Part shown: in pieces, positions 32,249 through 42,271 of the stretch
How positions within the stretch are numbered: position 1 is the first letter of the stretch
How the letters are laid out: each line of letters opens with the position of its first letter
DNA from: a virus
Strand: one strand, 5' to 3'
Length of the DNA stretch: 64,000 nt
Virus record (IMG/VR): IMGVR_UViG_3300045988_154761
Location: 96,001-160,000 of that record
The notes under the pieces: generated by a model
What the model was told of the DNA's origin: nothing
Seen by the model: only the letters and a program-made list of their open reading frames with translations
Databases searched by the model: none
Made by a program: the position numbers and the translations under genes

Positions 32249-33070
32249 ATGTGCAAATGGTGTGAGAATTATAGATTCACTATTAACGCTACGAGCAAAA
32301 AGAATCTTATTAACCATGGTGATTTTTATGTTCATGTTAATTATTGTCCTGTATGTGGTACTTTACTAAATGAAAATCTCAAAAAGGACAATGATTTAAA
32401 CAAACGCTATATTATTCGTATTAAGCCTAATGTAACAGGACTGGGTGTCCCTGTAAATGGACAAAACTATTATTATACTGCGGAAGGTATGACCCGCGAA
32501 GAGGTCATTTTTGAAACAAAAAATGAAGCTTGTCCTTTTAAGACTTACTTCGAAGCAAAATGCACTGCTGATTGGTTTTTCAATGAAGAAGATTATGAAA
32601 TTGAAGAAATTGTAAGCCCTAATACACCAAAAGAATCCTCAACAAAAAAAAGCAAAGAGCGAGTTTATTTTGCTAAAATTAAAGTTCCTATTGGAAGCAA
32701 AGAAGACCAAGAAAGAAAAGTTTTTTATAAGGGGGCCACTCATTTTGGTGATAAACCTATCCTTACAGATGAAGATGGAGCAAAATATTTTAGCTCTACC
32801 AAAGCTCTTAAAGAAGAATTGGATTGGTTTTATAAACCAGAAGATTATATTGTTATTTTCAAAGATATTGTCAAAATGGAATTGCCTGACCATAAAGATG
32901 AAAAGAAAGAAAAACTTCCTCATTTTACGAAGGAAGATTTTTACTATAAGTCTGATTCTGGTAGTGTAATTAGTACAATTTACGATAGAAACACGAACAA
33001 AAAATACGAATTTTCTTCTAAGACAATTGATAAATTTAATCAAATCATAGATAAACTTAACAGTTTATAA
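32249..33070 (+). CDS. hypothetical protein (273 aa) with N-terminal zinc ribbon
   Basis: CKWC...CPVC. Confidence 0.75.
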   Translation: MCKWCENYRFTINATSKKNLINHGDFYVHVNYCPVCGTLLNENLKKDNDLNKRYIIRIKPNVTGLGVPVNGQNYYYTAEGMTREEVIFETKNEACPFKTYFEAKCTADWFFNEEDYEIEEIVSPNTPKESSTKKSKERVYFAKIKVPIGSKEDQERKVFYKGATHFGDKPILTDEDGAKYFSSTKALKEELDWFYKPEDYIVIFKDIVKMELPDHKDEKKEKLPHFTKEDFYYKSDSGSVISTIYDRNTNKKYEFSSKTIDKFNQIIDKLNSL

Positions 33071-33096
33071 TTAAAACAAAGTAAAGGAATGATAAT

Positions 33097-33591
33097 ATGA
33101 TTAGTCCGACATATGGACGAGTAAATATGAAACAAATAGCCAAAATTATTTTTGACTATATTAGAGAACGTACAGATGTAGCAGAACATAATCATATTGT
33201 CATTGGTACTGATAGTCAAAATCACAAAGATGAAACAAAAGCCGTCATTGTCATTGCTGTCTATACCGATGGCAAAGGTGGTAAGTTCTTCTATGAGATT
33301 CAAAAACTACCCATTATTTTAAATTTAAAGGTTAAAATTCACAAAGAAACTGAATTAAGCATTGCTTATGCTGACCAGTTAATTGATGAATTAACAACTT
33401 TGTCTATTCAAGAGAATTTTAACTATGAAAAGTATACTAGCATTGGGATTCATGTAGATGCTGGATATGCTGGACCAAGTGGTCAAGTAATTCCAGAAAT
33501 TGTTGGATGGTTGAAAGGTGCTGGTTACGAACCAACTGTTAAACCAGATAGTTTTGTAGCAAGTACGATTGCAGACAGGATTAGTAAATGA
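33097..33591 (+). CDS. YkuK/DUF458-family RNase H-like protein
   Basis: IVIGTDSQ, HVDAGYAGPSG and GYEPTVKPDSFVAS...ADR match B. subtilis YkuK as I recall it. Confidence 0.8.
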   Translation: MISPTYGRVNMKQIAKIIFDYIRERTDVAEHNHIVIGTDSQNHKDETKAVIVIAVYTDGKGGKFFYEIQKLPIILNLKVKIHKETELSIAYADQLIDELTTLSIQENFNYEKYTSIGIHVDAGYAGPSGQVIPEIVGWLKGAGYEPTVKPDSFVASTIADRISK

Positions 33592-33890
33592 AAAGTTCAA
33601 AAGATTTTTATTCTAATTGTTTACTTGAAGTTATTAAAGCTAAAATAAAAAATCCTAAAATTAAAATAATGTATCTTCCTGCTTTCTTGAATGAAGTTCC
33701 TTGCCCACATTGGATGTGGCTTGATGAGGAAGGAGAGCATGATTTTCATTACAAAGAATGCTTACCTTGGTATAAATGGGTTTGGCATAAAGGTCATATA
33801 AGGACAGTTCATCGAGGTTGTTATAAAGGCTGTATTAACCAGATGATTGAAAAGAAATACTACAAAGGAGAAAAACAAAATGGCAACTAA
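33588..33890 (+). CDS. hypothetical protein (100 aa)
   Basis: ATGA overlap with the upstream stop. Confidence 0.65.
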   Translation: MKSSKDFYSNCLLEVIKAKIKNPKIKIMYLPAFLNEVPCPHWMWLDEEGEHDFHYKECLPWYKWVWHKGHIRTVHRGCYKGCINQMIEKKYYKGEKQNGN

Positions 33891-34065
33891 ATGTTTTTGT
33901 GATAGATGCGGAATGCCTATTTCAAGTCTTTTCAATATGAAGGTTTTGAAAATTAAAAGACATTTTGAACGAGGCGGCGAAATTTGGGATGATTTTCAAT
34001 CTTATGATTTATGTAGTGATTGTTTAAAGAAAGTGGATGAATTTCTTCAAGAAAGTAAAATTTAA
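33880..34065 (+). CDS. zinc-ribbon protein (61 aa)
   Basis: ATG 33880 after AAAGGAG; CDRC...CSDC. Confidence 0.6.
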   Translation: MATKCFCDRCGMPISSLFNMKVLKIKRHFERGGEIWDDFQSYDLCSDCLKKVDEFLQESKI

Positions 34066-34080
34066 AAATACTTTCAAATA

Positions 34081-34398
34081 ATGGGAAAAGAAGCCATGAA
34101 AAATTTTAAAAATAAACTTCTTGGTTTTTGGTATTATATTAAATTCTATTATATTCATCCTAATAAACCTTATATGGATAAATTAAAACGAGCAAGTGAA
34201 GTAATGAAAGCAAGTCCTTATTCATATAAGCAGTGGGCTGAATTTTTAAATAGGTCAGAAAAAGATGTAAGAAAAATTTTTCATAAGAGATTTTTCTTAA
34301 CATGGAGAGATTACCAAATTATTGCAAATAAAACTAATACTACAGTAGCATATTTAATGCAAGGGACTACTGCTAGTATATATATTAAAAGGAGTTAA
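34081..34398 (+). CDS. hypothetical protein (105 aa)
   Basis: track ORF. Confidence 0.6.
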   Translation: MGKEAMKNFKNKLLGFWYYIKFYYIHPNKPYMDKLKRASEVMKASPYSYKQWAEFLNRSEKDVRKIFHKRFFLTWRDYQIIANKTNTTVAYLMQGTTASIYIKRS

Positions 34399-34404
34399 TT
34401 TAAA

Positions 34405-34788
34405 GTGAATTTGAAGAAAAGCTATACTTATTATATTGTATATATGGGCTTGAAACCTGAAGCAACTATTACAACTTATGGTAATGAAGAACGCACTCTT
34501 GATAAAGAGATTGACAGCATGGATGATATTGTTGCAATTCAAACAAAGCTCAATGAAGAATACGGCTTTGCTGATTGCGTAATTATGTTTTATAAACTCC
34601 TTAGAACTTCTTATAACACTGTTCAGAATAATCCTAGTGGTATGGCTGATATGATGAGCGCTATGGCAGGAATGATGGGTAGTGGACTTCCTCAGACTGC
34701 TACAAAAGTTTCTGCTGAAGCTGAAGTAAAGGATGAAAAAAATGTCGAAGAAGCAAAGGAAGAAGATACGACAAGCAAAATTCAGTGA
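34405..34788 (+). CDS. hypothetical protein (127 aa), GTG start uncertain
   Basis: GTG 10 nt after AAAGGAG. Confidence 0.5.
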   Translation: MNLKKSYTYYIVYMGLKPEATITTYGNEERTLDKEIDSMDDIVAIQTKLNEEYGFADCVIMFYKLLRTSYNTVQNNPSGMADMMSAMAGMMGSGLPQTATKVSAEAEVKDEKNVEEAKEEDTTSKIQ

Positions 34789-35131
34789 TTATCAATACAA
34801 CGATAGCGACCCTCGTTTTAAAGTTTTATTTCGCAATGGAGATTGGCTTGTAATTAAATTTATCAATGATGGAGCTTTTTATTCTTACTGCTTAAATTGT
34901 AGAGAATATCTTCATGCTACCTCCACTTTGTCTAATTCAGAATTTATTACAAGATACTCTCTTGAAAGAGAATTTACTTATTGCCCTTATTGCGGAAGTA
35001 AAAATCTTAAAGATAAAAAATCAGCAAAAAAGAAAAATTATTCTTATCTAATTGAAGAAAAAGCTATCCAATACAAAGACTTACCAGAAGAATTAAAATT
35101 GTATCCTTATAAAATTGGTAAGAAAACTTAA
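34733..35131 (+). CDS. zinc-ribbon protein (132 aa)
   Basis: CLNC...CPYC. Confidence 0.6.
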   Translation: MKKMSKKQRKKIRQAKFSDYQYNDSDPRFKVLFRNGDWLVIKFINDGAFYSYCLNCREYLHATSTLSNSEFITRYSLEREFTYCPYCGSKNLKDKKSAKKKNYSYLIEEKAIQYKDLPEELKLYPYKIGKKT

Positions 35132-35138
35132 TAACCAC

Positions 35139-35167
35139 TTGACAACTCTCTTTGCTTGTAGTATTAT
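35139..35167 (+). promoter_or_regulatory. sigma70/sigmaA-like promoter inside an anti-SD/SD hairpin
   Basis: TTGACA 35139-35144, 17 nt, TATTAT 35162-35167; CAACTCTC (35143-35150) pairs with GAGAGTTG (35192-35199). Confidence 0.65.
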
Positions 35168-35206
35168 ATAAATACAAATCGAAAAAGTAAGGAGAGTTGT
35201 TAAATT

Positions 35207-35743
35207 ATGTTTACTAAACAGGAATATCTTGAAGAATATAAAAACAATAATAAAAAAGCCAACATTACTAAACTTTTTGGCTATATTGAGGAACGTCTTG
35301 ACCATAATTCCAGTTTAGGCTGTAACGTGGCTTGTTTTGAAAATTTCCAGCTCAGTCCGACTTTATGGAAAATTCTAACCAATGATAAACAATTTAAAGT
35401 GATTTGTAAATGTAGAGGATACGACCTTGCTTTTCAGAAGAATGAAGATGGTTCTTGGGTTGATATTACCAGCGCCAAAGCAAAAGAAAACGCAGAAATT
35501 TGGAATCAGCTTTTTAAAGATAATGATGTAAGTTATTTCTTTAATGTTATTATGGGGCGTCTTTTTGCTGTTGGTCGTAAAAAGAACATCAAACATCCTT
35601 ATTATACTATTCATAAAGATTGCTGTAGTTCTATTGTTTGGGAATTGGCAAACAATAAAACTTTTCTTGAAAAGATTGTTGAAAATGGATGGGACTTTGA
35701 TTGTGGTCCTGATTCTATTCCTTATATTCAAATTAAGGGATAA
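35207..35743 (+). CDS. hypothetical protein (178 aa)
   Basis: ATG after AAGGAGAG. Confidence 0.7.
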   Translation: MFTKQEYLEEYKNNNKKANITKLFGYIEERLDHNSSLGCNVACFENFQLSPTLWKILTNDKQFKVICKCRGYDLAFQKNEDGSWVDITSAKAKENAEIWNQLFKDNDVSYFFNVIMGRLFAVGRKKNIKHPYYTIHKDCCSSIVWELANNKTFLEKIVENGWDFDCGPDSIPYIQIKG

Positions 35744-35768
35744 TTAAATAATATGTGTAGGAGAGAAA

Positions 35769-35984
35769 ATGTATATTCCAAAAAGTGATAGATAGATATC
35801 TTTACTTCCTTTTACTGGCTGTGATGAAAAGAAATGCCCATGGAAGGATTGTGTAAGACATCCTGAAAGTGGATTTACCTATAATTCCATGGGACATTTA
35901 TCTTATCTTTGTAAAAAATTTAAAGAAGTCCCGAAAGAAGTTGAAGAAACGAAGGAGAAAGAAACAAAGACAAATGATTCTTAA
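35769..35984 (+). CDS. small Cys-containing protein (71 aa), 1 in-frame TAG
   Basis: ATG after TAGGAGAG; TAG at 35793-35795; frame checked to TAA at 35982-35984. Confidence 0.45.
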
Positions 35985-36330
35985 AATTATTATTAACCTT
36001 TGGCGATTTGTTTTTATTCTGGATGTTTTAGTTTTCTTTTATCTTGTCAGAGAAGTTACAAAATATGTAAACGATTTCTTTGACGCGAGAAATGTTAAGA
36101 TTGAAGTATCCAATACTGGTTCTGTAATTCCAATTATTCAAATTCTTATTCTAAGTGCTCTTCCAATCATTAATATTATTTTAGGTTGGACATGGATATT
36201 TAATTACGAAAAATTTATGAAATTAGCTTGCATTAAACTAAATGAACATCTTTATAAGATGGGCATCATTTCTGATGAATTAAAAGATGAATTTTATTAT
36301 AAAGTAATTAAAGATTTTGAAGGGTCTTAA
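35974..36330 (+). CDS. membrane protein (118 aa)
   Basis: internal ATG of track ORF 35869; hydrophobic N-terminus; 11 nt overlap with the previous gene. Confidence 0.5.
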   Translation: MILKIIINLWRFVFILDVLVFFYLVREVTKYVNDFFDARNVKIEVSNTGSVIPIIQILILSALPIINIILGWTWIFNYEKFMKLACIKLNEHLYKMGIISDELKDEFYYKVIKDFEGS

Positions 36331-36335
36331 TTGAT

Positions 36336-36824
36336 ATGAAAACTGAAAAAGAAGTAATTCCTGCTCAAGAAAAAACATATTGGGTTGCAGATGACGGTCG
36401 TAGATTTTCTACCGAAGAAGAATGTTTCGCTTATGAAAAAAGAGCAAGTATTCGTGATGTAATGGTTGAGCGCTCCTTCTTGGTTCCTAACCTTTACGAA
36501 GATAAAGTAGAGTTTTGGTTTATTTTAGGCGAAGAAGCTACTCCTACTTATCTTATTAGTTATATCGAATATTTTTTAAGAATTTATATCAGCACTTGGC
36601 AAAAAAAGACTTTAACTCAAGCTTGTTTAGAACAGAAAAAAGACCAGAAGTATTATCTTATCGGTTTAAAAATTGATAATAACGGAGATAATTCTACTTT
36701 TGAAGTTCTTACCATTGATTCCGCAGAAGAAGAAACAAAAGAAGCCATCACTGATTACGAAAAAATCTTGAAAGAATACTCTGCTCTTAGAGAAAGATTA
36801 GCTGTATTCCCAAACTCAATTTAA
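36336..36824 (+). CDS. hypothetical protein (162 aa)
   Basis: track ORF. Confidence 0.7.
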   Translation: MKTEKEVIPAQEKTYWVADDGRRFSTEEECFAYEKRASIRDVMVERSFLVPNLYEDKVEFWFILGEEATPTYLISYIEYFLRIYISTWQKKTLTQACLEQKKDQKYYLIGLKIDNNGDNSTFEVLTIDSAEEETKEAITDYEKILKEYSALRERLAVFPNSI

Positions 36825-36831
36825 TAAACAC

Positions 36832-36860
36832 TTGACAACTCCTTTTAAGTTTGGTATACT
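36832..36860 (+). promoter_or_regulatory. sigma70/sigmaA-like promoter inside an anti-SD/SD hairpin
   Basis: TTGACA 36832-36837, 17 nt, TATACT 36855-36860; CAACTCCTTT (36836-36845) pairs with AAAGGAGTTG (36884-36893). Confidence 0.7.
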
Positions 36861-36901
36861 TTAAACATGAAGTGAATCCATTGAAAGGAGTTGTTTAATA
36901 A

Positions 36902-37240
36902 ATGTATAATCGTAATTTTCATAATAAAATTGGTTCGGATAAAATCAAGCTCACTTTCCACTCTCGTGACCGTGGTTTGGAAAGATTGGGTATTAAGAAT
37001 GAAAGAGAGCTTCGTCAGTTAGCTTGCAATGCTCGTAACAAAGGTATCAATCTTGATGCTTTAACTATTTACAATTATGAAAAGAATGGGCTAACCAGTG
37101 AAGAAATGTATGCTTTTAAGCGTCGTTTCCATACCAAGTCTAACAGTGAACGTATTTATTACCACAAAGGTTTTGTCTTTGTATTCGCTGGTAAAAATGC
37201 TTGCACACTTAAAACTGTAATCGAATTAAAAAATATTTGA
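36902..37240 (+). CDS. hypothetical protein (112 aa)
   Basis: ATG after AAAGGAG. Confidence 0.7.
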   Translation: MYNRNFHNKIGSDKIKLTFHSRDRGLERLGIKNERELRQLACNARNKGINLDALTIYNYEKNGLTSEEMYAFKRRFHTKSNSERIYYHKGFVFVFAGKNACTLKTVIELKNI

Positions 37241-37249
37241 GGTGAAATT

Positions 37250-37654
37250 ATGAATTATAAAACTGGAAATAATGTAGTAGAAAACAAAATTGTTACCTAT
37301 TATCCTGTTCTTGTAGTTAAGTTTAATCAATATAAATGTGCTTATTATATTAAACGCGACCTTTTGTATTCTGTTCCTAATTATTTTTTCACTCAAGACA
37401 CAGAAGAAGATAATATTCTTTGCGCGAATTCTGAGGGAGGAGCTTTGGCATTGGTTGGAGAATTTAAATCTGACCCAAACAGCGAAAGTTTAATTAACAC
37501 TTTCGTTAAAGCAGTTAAATCTTATAATAATCCCATCCATCTCCCAGAGGCTCCTCAATATATTGAACATTACTTTTCTGTTATTTGCAAAAAGCACGTT
37601 TTTACTACTTCTCTAATGGACAATAAATATCATACTTCCCCTGAAAATTTTTAA
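37250..37654 (+). CDS. hypothetical protein (134 aa)
   Basis: ATG after GAGGTGA. Confidence 0.7.
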   Translation: MNYKTGNNVVENKIVTYYPVLVVKFNQYKCAYYIKRDLLYSVPNYFFTQDTEEDNILCANSEGGALALVGEFKSDPNSESLINTFVKAVKSYNNPIHLPEAPQYIEHYFSVICKKHVFTTSLMDNKYHTSPENF

Positions 37655-37665
37655 GGAGATAAATT

Positions 37666-38175
37666 ATGGATAATTATGAAGCTATGAAGCCATGGGAGCA
37701 TGGAAAGATTGTTGAAATTCATCATGATATCAAGTCTCTTTCTGTGTATCCTATCGTTTATGAAAACAAAGACCTTTATGTATGCCGAGTATCAGGTTCT
37801 ACAGAAGTAATTATAATTAGAAAAAATTCTTATCAAAATTACGTCTTTGAATCTCACGAAAAGTATATGAGTTGGAGACAAAACAACCCTCTTGCTAGTC
37901 TTAATAGCAGACATTTCTTTGTATATATCCCCAAGGATGGGAAAATTTCTTTCGCTGATAATTTTCCTGTTAGAGATTCTCTTGATGAAGCATTGGCTAA
38001 AGCTGAACACGCTTATGATGAAGAGGAGAAATCTTTTAAGCGTTTGCAAACCAGCTTTGAATATTATGCCAATAGAATTGAAGACACAAAAGAAACTTTA
38101 AGACAGAAAATGTCACGTATTGAAAATATTAAGGCTCAAATTGCGGAAAGGGATAAGAATAAAAATGGTATTTAA
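37666..38175 (+). CDS. hypothetical protein (169 aa)
   Basis: ATG after AAGGAGA. Confidence 0.7.
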   Translation: MDNYEAMKPWEHGKIVEIHHDIKSLSVYPIVYENKDLYVCRVSGSTEVIIIRKNSYQNYVFESHEKYMSWRQNNPLASLNSRHFFVYIPKDGKISFADNFPVRDSLDEALAKAEHAYDEEEKSFKRLQTSFEYYANRIEDTKETLRQKMSRIENIKAQIAERDKNKNGI

Positions 38176-38497
38176 TATTACTGATAACGGTCTTGCTCAT
38201 TCTAATATGGAAACCTATTATTGTATTGGTATTCCTCGCAAGAAGCTTCCTCTTAATTATGGTGAATCACCTTCTTATGGTTTTGCTAATAGAGGTTGGG
38301 CAAATATCCCTTATCTCATTGCAGAACAATTTACTCTTTCTTGTTATTCTTTTGATACCGAAAAAGATGCTAAGGAATGGTGGAGTAAGAACAAGAAGTT
38401 TTTCCTTGAAAACAAAACTTATACCAAGGAATATGACTTTAATTATGCGAAGATTATCAAGGTAGAAATTGGTAGTAAGTATACTATCATGCATTAA
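38165..38497 (+). CDS. hypothetical protein (110 aa)
   Basis: internal ATG of track ORF 38120; overlaps the upstream stop. Confidence 0.55.
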   Translation: MVFNITDNGLAHSNMETYYCIGIPRKKLPLNYGESPSYGFANRGWANIPYLIAEQFTLSCYSFDTEKDAKEWWSKNKKFFLENKTYTKEYDFNYAKIIKVEIGSKYTIMH

Positions 38498-38508
38498 AGG
38501 AGAATATT

Positions 38509-38895
38509 ATGCTTCCTCTTAAGAATCACCCTGCTTACTATATTACTATTAAGGCTAATCGAGATTCTGAAATTAAAACTCTTTTTGCAGGAGAAGATTA
38601 TCTTGGTCTTGCTGGCTTCTTTGTTGATTTTGATAAGGCAAGACGTTTTAATTGTCCCCTTTCAGCAGAAAAGTGGTTTAAATTTCATTTTGATGAGGAA
38701 ACCCTTCCTCCTGAATATTATGACTGGACAAGCATTACCATTGAAGAGCTTAAGCTCGTTCCTGTTATGAATATCTATCTTTCCAAAGAAGATACTGTTA
38801 CTAACAATGCAACTCTTGAAACTACCAAGAAGCGTACATATAATAAGAAGAAAAAGGTAGATGTTCCTATTACAGAACCTTATAAAGAAGTATAA
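38509..38895 (+). CDS. hypothetical protein (128 aa)
   Basis: ATG after AAAGGAGA. Confidence 0.7.
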   Translation: MLPLKNHPAYYITIKANRDSEIKTLFAGEDYLGLAGFFVDFDKARRFNCPLSAEKWFKFHFDEETLPPEYYDWTSITIEELKLVPVMNIYLSKEDTVTNNATLETTKKRTYNKKKKVDVPITEPYKEV

Positions 38896-38921
38896 TTCAT
38901 AAAAATTTAACAACTTAAATA

Positions 38922-38950
38922 TTGACAAGTATCTTTTTTTATGTTAAACT
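38922..38950 (+). promoter_or_regulatory. sigma70/sigmaA-like promoter enclosed by a 14 bp inverted repeat
   Basis: TTGACA 38922-38927, 17 nt, TAAACT 38945-38950; GACAAGTATC (38924-38933) pairs with GATACTTGTC (38964-38973). Confidence 0.6.
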
Positions 38951-39026
38951 AATAATAGAAAAGGATACTTGTCCTTTATTTTAATTTAAATAAATCTGTT
39001 GAAATACACAGAAGAATGGAGATAAT

Positions 39027-40058
39027 ATGGCAACTGTTTAGTATCATTATGGTAAAAATAATTCTTTGCTTCGTTGGTATCATCCTATTGTAAGAGGTGT
39101 GACTTATAATAATGTGGTGGTAATTGATTGGCCTAAGAGTGAACTAAAGAGCGCAAGTATTGATATGTGTACGCAACCAAAGCTTAGTCCTGAAAAGATG
39201 TATAGTCTTTATGGGTATAAGCCAGACGTTGTTACAAACGCTTTCTTTTTTGATACTGCAAGCGGAACTTCTATCTGGAATTTGAAAAGTAATAATACCA
39301 TTTATGCTCAGGATGGTAATTTCTCTAATGGTTGGGGTATTACAAATTCTGGAAAGATTATGAATGGCGTATTTAATAATGGTGTTGGTTGGAGAGATTT
39401 TGGCACAGAATATCCTGCTTTGTTTAAAAATAAACAACCTCAATCTGTAAAAAACTATGCTGACATTGATTATGAAGCCAAAAGACAGATGTTCGGTTGG
39501 ACAAAGACAGATGGTAATCCTAAAAACGAAAAGTATTTTATTGTTTCTGTTGTATCTGGTGGTATGAAACTTTCCGTTGCTCAGAATCTTATTAAATCTC
39601 TTTTTCCTGATGTAGATTATTGTTGCAATCAAGATGGCGGAAATTCTACTTACACAAACTTTGAAGGAAAGCGTCTTTCTGCGTCTGGTTGGTTAAGACC
39701 TGTTGATTCTATTCTTGCTTTCTGGCTTCGCTCTAATGCTGAAAGAGAAAAAGCAGAAATAGAAGAAAAAAAGCAAGACAAGGCTAACAAGAAAGAAGAA
39801 AACCGTCCTAAGAAAACTGGTTATCGTTGTCAGTTAGGAGCATTTAGTAATTCAACTCGCGCAATTACTTATAGAAATGAAATTAGAACTCTTACTGGCG
39901 TAATTGATTATTCAACTGCTTTTTGTATTCAAGACCCCAAGACCAAGCTCTATAAAGTTCAAGTAGGATTCTTTGCTAAAAAATCTGGCGCTGAAAAAGT
40001 TAAAGCTGATTTAGCTGAAAAGGGATATAATTGTTATATCTGCTATGTGGAGGAATAA
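39027..40058 (+). CDS. putative cell-wall lysin: phosphodiester-glycosidase (NAGPA/DUF2233)-like domain plus C-terminal SPOR domain; 1 in-frame TAG
   Basis: ATG after GGAGATA; TAG at codon 5; VVTNAFFFD and NQDGGNSTY motifs; C-terminal YRCQLGAFSN...YKVQVGFF SPOR-like repeat. Confidence 0.65.
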
Positions 40059-40061
40059 ACA

Positions 40062-40445
40062 ATGTCTACCATATTTACTATGCGAGAAATAACTGAAAAA
40101 TTAGATAAAATAGCTCAAGATTATAATTCGTTAATTATTTCAGCTTATCAAAATAATGATGAGTAGAAACAAAAGTATTACAAGGCGGAATTCTACAGGT
40201 TAACTTTTGCTTCATCCGAATTGAAGAAATTTGAAGATTGGGGATTCTGTGCTATAACTTATATTCCTATCTTCCAAAGATGGGCTTGTCTATTCCCTAG
40301 AAACTATAAATATATAGGTGGCAGAAGCTATCCTTATTCCGAAGATGACCCTCCTATTCTTTTTGTTAGTGGAGTGGTTGACGGAATTTTAGACGAATAT
40401 TTATATAAGGAGTACACTCAAGGACATGAACGAGAAGAAGTATGA
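40062..40445 (+). CDS. hypothetical protein (127 aa), 1 in-frame TAG
   Basis: ATG 4 nt after the lysin stop; TAG at 40164-40166; frame checked. Confidence 0.55.
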
Positions 40446-40446
40446 A

Positions 40447-40731
40447 GTGATTTCTGATATTACCTCTCCTATTGATTAGGAAATTGCAGATTTTATTCAA
40501 CGTATTATTGACAACGATGAAACTCTGGCTACTTTAACTGATACTTTCTTTATCAGTTATGATTATGAATATGAAAATGTTTATATTTGTACTACCTATC
40601 CACAGTATTTAACTGTAATTAATCACCAACTTTTTAAAGATTTGTGTGATATAATTAATGAGTATTATGGATTTTCTGTCTTTGTTAGAAAAGTTGACTC
40701 AATTATTAGCATTAAATCCAAGGAAAACTAA
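40447..40731 (+). CDS. hypothetical protein (94 aa), GTG start, 1 in-frame TAG
   Basis: 94 codons interrupted only by one TAG; start assignment tentative. Confidence 0.4.
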
Positions 40732-40751
40732 CAATTTAATTTAATAAATAG

Positions 40752-40780
40752 TTGACAACACCTCTCTTTTATGGTATATT
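40752..40780 (+). promoter_or_regulatory. sigma70/sigmaA-like promoter inside an anti-SD/SD hairpin
   Basis: TTGACA 40752-40757, 17 nt, TATATT 40775-40780; CACCTCTCTTTT (40759-40770) pairs perfectly with AAAAGAGAGGTG (40794-40805). Confidence 0.7.
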
Positions 40781-40810
40781 AACTATACTAAAAAAAAGAG
40801 AGGTGCTTTT

Positions 40811-41371
40811 ATGTTTAAAATTTTGTGTATTGTTGGCGGATTCTTTTTTATTGCACTTGTTGTATTTGTTTGTCATTTTGCTTGTATTATTTATAAAGAT
40901 GAAGATGATGGATACAAAAATACAATAATTGATTGGATTAAACAATATCACAAAGATTGGCGTAATTGGGCGCATTTAAAGTTTAACGAATGGAAAAAAT
41001 ATTATATTTTAGCTCCTGATGAATGGAGATTAACATGGTTTTCTCCTAAGCGAACCATTAGAGATAAAAAAGGTCTTTGGGATACAGTTTATATTAACTT
41101 TGGTTTTATTGGAAATATTAGATATGTCCTTTTTAAGCATAACATGGACAATAAGTATGAAAAGAATAAAGCTGCTCAAAGTTCTCAAGATAATTTAAGA
41201 TATGTTCTTGAAGCTGTTCAAGGAGATATTGATAAAATTCAAAAGAAAGCCGAAGAAGAAATTAATAAAGCCAAAGAAGAAACAAATAAGATTCGAGAAT
41301 CTTATTTAAACGAAGAATCTTATTTAAATAAAGAAATTGAATTAAAATCTACTGATAAATGGGAGAATTGA
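40811..41371 (+). CDS. membrane-anchored protein, paralog of 41373-42002
   Basis: N-terminal TM helix; shared VYINFGFIGNIRY motif and C-terminal coiled coil. Confidence 0.7.
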   Translation: MFKILCIVGGFFFIALVVFVCHFACIIYKDEDDGYKNTIIDWIKQYHKDWRNWAHLKFNEWKKYYILAPDEWRLTWFSPKRTIRDKKGLWDTVYINFGFIGNIRYVLFKHNMDNKYEKNKAAQSSQDNLRYVLEAVQGDIDKIQKKAEEEINKAKEETNKIRESYLNEESYLNKEIELKSTDKWEN

Positions 41372-41372
41372 T

Positions 41373-42002
41373 ATGCCACTATTAAAAATTGCTATGATTT
41401 TACTTTTAGTTGCTTTAGCAGGATTTTTTATTTCGTTTCTTTGGTATCTTTTGCTTGGCCCACTTATTTTTAAAGGAATCTTTAAGGCTGATTTAGATGA
41501 TATCAATGAAAAGCGCAAAGGCGAAGAATGTACCAAGATGGATTTTGATAAGTGGTACGACATTTTTTGTTTAAACAATGAGAAATGGAATTTGGGCTGT
41601 CTTCCGTATTGTCGTCTTGATACAACAAGACAAAGATTTGGAGAAATTATTATTACTTCAAATTATTGGAATCATAATTATTGTGTTAAAAATATTTATG
41701 TGGATTTTGGTTTTATTGGCAATCTAAAATATTCTCGTTGGCGTCATAAATATCTTAAAAATAAAAAGACCCAAGAAATTCAAGAAAGAGAAGTAAAAAA
41801 TCTTAAATTTATTCTTGAAAGCGCTCAGGAAGATATTGAAATTCTCAAAAAGCAATCCAAAGAAGAAATTAGCCAAGCAGCAGAAACCACTAAAAAAGTC
41901 AAAGAGAATCTTGACAAACAAAAGTTACGAAAGATGAAAACAGGGTATGATAATGACCCTCCAATGTACTCCATCTTTAGATATGATGACGTAGAGTTTT
42001 AA
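41373..42002 (+). CDS. membrane-anchored protein, paralog of 40811-41371
   Basis: N-terminal TM helix; IYVDFGFIGNLKY; coiled-coil tail. Confidence 0.7.
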   Translation: MPLLKIAMILLLVALAGFFISFLWYLLLGPLIFKGIFKADLDDINEKRKGEECTKMDFDKWYDIFCLNNEKWNLGCLPYCRLDTTRQRFGEIIITSNYWNHNYCVKNIYVDFGFIGNLKYSRWRHKYLKNKKTQEIQEREVKNLKFILESAQEDIEILKKQSKEEISQAAETTKKVKENLDKQKLRKMKTGYDNDPPMYSIFRYDDVEF

Positions 42003-42049
42003 ATAAAAGATTTCTTTTATTTAATTAAAAATGTTAAGGAGAACAATTA

Positions 42050-42271
42050 ATGTTTATTACTTGGAATAATACTTTGGTTAACGCTGATAATATTTCTTAT
42101 ATGATGGCTAAAAACAAAACTATTTTATTTGCTCTGCAAAGTAGAAATTATCTTATTGAATATGGAAGTGAAGATTTGGCAAAAAAAGCTCTTTCTAAGG
42201 TTCGTGTTGCTATTGCCAAAGGTTCTTCTATTGTAGACATCTCTGAAAGCAAAATTCAGGAGGTAATCTAA
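42050..42271 (+). CDS. hypothetical protein (73 aa)
   Basis: ATG after AAGGAGAA. Confidence 0.6.
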   Translation: MFITWNNTLVNADNISYMMAKNKTILFALQSRNYLIEYGSEDLAKKALSKVRVAIAKGSSIVDISESKIQEVI

